Assembly (NCBI RefSeq): GCF_009914755.1
Contig: NC_060931.1
Reading direction: 5' to 3' (one strand)
Source: the human T2T-CHM13v2.0 reference genome, Homo sapiens
Length of the DNA stretch: 64,000 nucleotides
Notes under the pieces: generated by a model
Databases searched by the model: none
What the model saw: only the letters and a program-made list of their open reading frames with translations
What the model was told of the DNA's origin: nothing
Part shown: one piece after another, positions 59,926-64,000 of the stretch
Numbering within the stretch: position 1 is the first letter of the stretch
Layout: each line of letters opens with the position of its first letter
Made by a program: the position numbers and the translations under genes

Positions 59926-61079
59926 AAAGAAAATCTCAAATAGAAAAGATCCAGATGAAACAAGACAAGAAGTTGTGAGACAGTCACAAATGTTACTCAT
60001 GCAAAAGAAGTCACAGATACTTTTCTCAAAGCAAGAATACCATCTCCTCTTCAGGCCACTCTATACAGAGTCAGAATAAAATATAGTATGGGACTAACTC
60101 TAATTCTCCCGAAATTATTGATTATCTGTGAGGAATTACAAAAGTTTAGCAGGCAAGAGTGAGGACTGTGTTGGAAGCTATCTGTACAACATCTGTAAAC
60201 TAAGCAGAAGAGTATAAAAACTTGGTGTAGCATGGAAAGATTCAATAAAATGTGATTATACTGTTCCCTAGAAAAAAAATCTCTGACTTTACTAACCATG
60301 AACTAATATCAGAACAACGGGATAACTCACTGTAAAACACCAGTTTAACTATGTACCACTAATTTTAAAATACCTTAAAAATTGCCTAGGTTATAAAGAC
60401 ATAAAATTATCTTGTGAATTTCTCTAACTGGATGTGCCAATATTTTGTGGGATAAAGTAAATGAAATTATAGGTTGCCATTGTTCATTTATTCACTTATT
60501 CAAGACACAGTGTTTGAGTATCAAGCATGTGTGGGCACTAAGTGGTACACTGAAGGTAGAAGGCAGATTAACACAGTGTCTGCCCTCAAATAGTATACAG
60601 CATAGTCACAATCTAGACAGGGTAGTAAAAAATGAGTTCTTCATGGGCAAGGACTGTATTTATCTTGCTGGCTGCTCAACTGCTATGCTTCTTGTACATA
60701 GCCCAGAGAATGACAGACAGCAGGCACACAAAAATGTGTTTATATGTGCTCATATAAACACATATAAAATGTGTTTTATATATATATAAACATATAAACA
60801 CATATAAAAATGAAAGAATGAGTCATTAGAGTAAATCTTGGGAATCCACTAGAAGACCATATAAACCATAATCAGGATATCAAAGTATTTGCTAGGAGGT
60901 CAGAGCAGCTACAGATTGTGATTTGTTTCATTGAATTCTCAAAGAGATAAGACCATCAAAATGAAGAGAAATTTTTTGGTTTTTAAAACAATAAGTAAAT
61001 CATATCTTTAGAACTCAAAATTATGTTTCAATATTATCCTAACATGCTGCTATTGCAAATTAACCTATATAGAGAATAC

Positions 61080-62266
61080 TTTCCTTTACCCAAAACCTTC
61101 CCACCACATTACTAACAGCTTATTTATAAGTTTCTTTTACATCCAGTACATCCTGCCTATCAAAAAAAATTACAAGACATACTAAAAGGCTAAAAAACAT
61201 GGTTTGAAGAAGCAGAATAAGCATTATAACCAGACTCAGATATGGCATGGAAGTTAAAATTATCAGACCAGGATGAATTTTTTAAAAACTATGATTAATA
61301 TGCTAATAGATAAAGTAGCCATCATGCAAGAGCAGATGGGCAATGCAAACAGAGTGATAGAAATTCCAAGAAAAAAAACAAAAAGGAATACAAAAATCAA
61401 AAACACTGTAGAGAAATGAAGAATGCTTTTGATGAGTTTATTAATACACTGAAGATGACTGAGAAAAGGATCTCTGAGATTAAGGATTTCACAACAAGAA
61501 ACTACAGAACTGAAAAGCAAAAAGAAAAAGCTTAAAAACAAAAAAAGAAACAAAAAAGAATATCTAAGAACTGTGGGACAATGACAAAAGATGTAACATG
61601 TGCACAGTGGGAAAACCCAAGGGAAGAGAAAGGGAGAAAGAAACAGAAACAATATTTAAAGCAATAATGACTGAGAATTTCTTCAATTAATATAATGTAC
61701 CAAACCACAGATCCAGGAAGCTCAGAGAACACCAAGCAGAACAAATGCCAAATGAAAACAAAACAAGAACAAAAAACAATCTATACCTGGGCATAATATA
61801 TTTGAAGTACAGAAAATCAAAGATAAAGAAAAAAACTCTGGAAAAAAAATCTAGAAGAAAAAGCACCCTACCCATACAGAAGCAAAAATAAAAATTACAT
61901 CTGACTCTTCCTTACAAACCATGCAAGCAAGAAGAGAGGAATTAAATACTTAAGGGATTGAGGGGGAAAAAACCCACCAACCTAGAATTCTGTAGGTTGT
62001 GAAATTTCCCTTAAAAGGTAAAGGAGAAATAAAGACTTTTGTAGACAAGCAAATATTGAGGAAATTTGTTTTCAGTAGCCCTGCCTTACAAGAAATGCTT
62101 TTAAAAATTCCTAGGAGGGAAAGAAAATAATGTAGGTCAAAAAGTCAGACCTACATAGAGAGACAAAGAGCATCAGAAACAGAATAAATTAAGGTAAAAT
62201 AAAATTGCTTATTTTCTTATTCTTCATTGATCGACATTAATGTATTTAAAATAATAAGGCAATCAT
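61080..62266 (+). mobile_element. Old L1M ORF1-region remnant (host of the L1PA insertion)
   Basis: accacagatccaggaagctcagagaacaccaagcag...acctagaattctgta...aggagaaataaagacttt ORF1 signatures. Confidence 0.75.
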
Positions 62267-64000
62267 GGGAGGAGGTTCCAAGATGGCCAAATAGGAGCAG
62301 CTCCAGTCTACAACTCCCAGCGTGAGTGATGCAGAAGACAGGTGATTTCTGCATTTCCAACTGAGGTACCACGTTCATCTCACTGGGGCTTGTCAGACAG
62401 TGGGTGCAGCCCACGGAGTGTGAGCCAAAGAAGGGCGGGGCATCGCCTCACCCGGGAAGCATAAGGGGTCGGGGAATTCTCTTTCCTAGCCAAGGGAAGC
62501 CATGACAGACAGTACCTGGAAAATCAGGACACTACCACCCTAATACTGCGCTTTTCCAAAGGAGATTATATCCCATGCCTGGCTCAGAGGGTCCCATGCC
62601 CACGGAGCCTTGCTCACTGCTAGCACAGCAGTCTGAGATTGAACTGCAAGGCGGCAGCGAGGCTTGGGGAGGGCCGTCCACCATTACTGAGGCTTGACTA
62701 GGTAGTAAACAAAGCGGCCGGGAAGCTTGAACTTGATGGAGTGCACCACAGCTCAAGGAGGCCTGCCTGCCTCTGTAGACTCCACCTCTAGGGGCAGGGC
62801 ATAACTGAACAAAAGGCAGCAGAAATGTCTGCAGACTTAAACGTCACTGTCTGACAGCTTTGAAGAGAGTAGTGGTTCTCCCAGCACGGAGTCTGAGATC
62901 TGAGAATGGACAGACTGCCTCTTCAAGTGGGTCCCTGACCCCCAAATAACCTAACTGGCAGGTACCTCCTAGTAGGGGCTGACTGACATCTCATACAGCC
63001 AGGTGCCCCTCTGAGATAAAGCTTCCAGAGGAAGGATCAGGCAGCAAAATTTGCCATTCTGCAATATTTGCTGTTCTGCAGCCTCTGCTGGTGATACCAA
63101 GGAAAACGGTGTCTGGAGTGGACCTCCAGCAAACTCCAACAGACCTGCAGCTGAGGGTTCTGACTATTAGAAGGAAAACTAACAAAGAGAAAGGACATCC
63201 ACACCAAAACCCCATCTGTATGCCACCATCATCAAAGACAAAAGGTAGATGAATCCACAAAGATCGGGAGAAACCAAAGCAGAAAAGCTGAAAATTCTAA
63301 AATCAGAGCGCTTCTTCTCCACCAAAGGAACGCGGCTCCTCACCAGCAACGGAACAAACCTGGATGGAGAATGACTTTGAGGAGTTGAGAGAAGAAGGCT
63401 TCAGAAGATCGGTAATAACAAACTTCCCTGAGCTAAAGGAGGATGTTCGAACTCATCACAAAATAGCTAAAAACCTTGAAAAGAGATTAGACGAATGGCT
63501 AGCTAGAATGAACAGCATAGAGAAGACCTTGAATGACCTGATGGAGCTGAAAACCATGGCACGAGAATTACGTGATGAATGCACAAGCTTCAGTAGCTGA
63601 TTTGATCAAGTGGAAGAAAGGGTATCAGTGATTGAAGATCAAAGGAATGAAATGAAATGAGAAGAGAAGTTTAGAAAAAAGAGTAAAAAGAAATGAACAA
63701 AGCCATCAAGAAATATGGGACTATGTAAAAAGACCAAATCTACATCTGATTGGTGTACCTGAAAGTGACGGGGAGAATGGAACCAAGTTGGAAAACACTC
63801 TTCAGGATATCATCCAGGAGAACTTCCCCAATCTAGCAAGGCAGGCCAACATTCAAATTCAGGAAATGCAGAGAACGCCACAAAGATACTCCTCGAGAAG
63901 AGCAACTCTAAGACACATAATTGTGAGATTCGCCAAAGTTGAAATGAAGGAAAAAATGTTAAAGGGAGCCAGAGAGAAAGGTCAGGTTACCCACAAAGGG
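62267..64000 (+). mobile_element. L1PA (approx. PA5-6) 5' end: full 5' UTR + disrupted ORF1, continues beyond window
   Basis: GGGAGGAGGTTCCAAGATGGCC start with YY1 site 62279-62288; ORF1 ATG changed to ATC (63263-63265), stop at 63598-63600; retains ~130-bp segment (~63005-63135) that is deleted in L1PA2/L1HS. Confidence 0.95.

Noticed and set aside
63364-63600. L1 ORF1 as a functional gene
   Set aside because: Start codon mutated (ATC) and premature stops.

Overview
AT-rich primate genomic DNA, probably human: the protein matches my recollection of human TFEC, and Alu and L1PA elements are present. The window holds the complete coding region of TFEC (MiT/TFE bHLH-leucine zipper factor) on the minus strand: 7 coding exons, complement join(57256-57435, 47165-47251, 29674-29788, 27581-27637, 23869-23944, 14870-15017, 13528-13908) = 1044 nt, 347 aa, all with GT-AG boundaries. 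It also holds an internal alternative first coding exon (41180-41245) and a long 3' UTR with proximal and distal poly(A) signals. The canonical non-coding first exon(s) are not identifiable and probably lie beyond the right edge. The rest is interspersed repeat: several L1PA insertions with readable TSDs (one twin-primed), five Alus, MaLR LTRs, hAT MITEs, L2/MIR and microsatellites. I see no new gene system. The most interesting leads: (1) the '5' UTR' part of the ATG exon is an open, in-frame 24-codon stretch homologous to MITF/TFEB/TFE3; (2) an L1 5' UTR ~5 kb upstream has its antisense promoter pointing into that exon; (3) the internal exon has HNF4/HNF1-like motifs; (4) the exon 7 donor is very weak and is followed by an AP-1/ARE/M-box cluster. 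Exon numbers follow the convention ATG exon = exon 2. Repeat subfamily calls come from remembered consensus sequences, not a database search.
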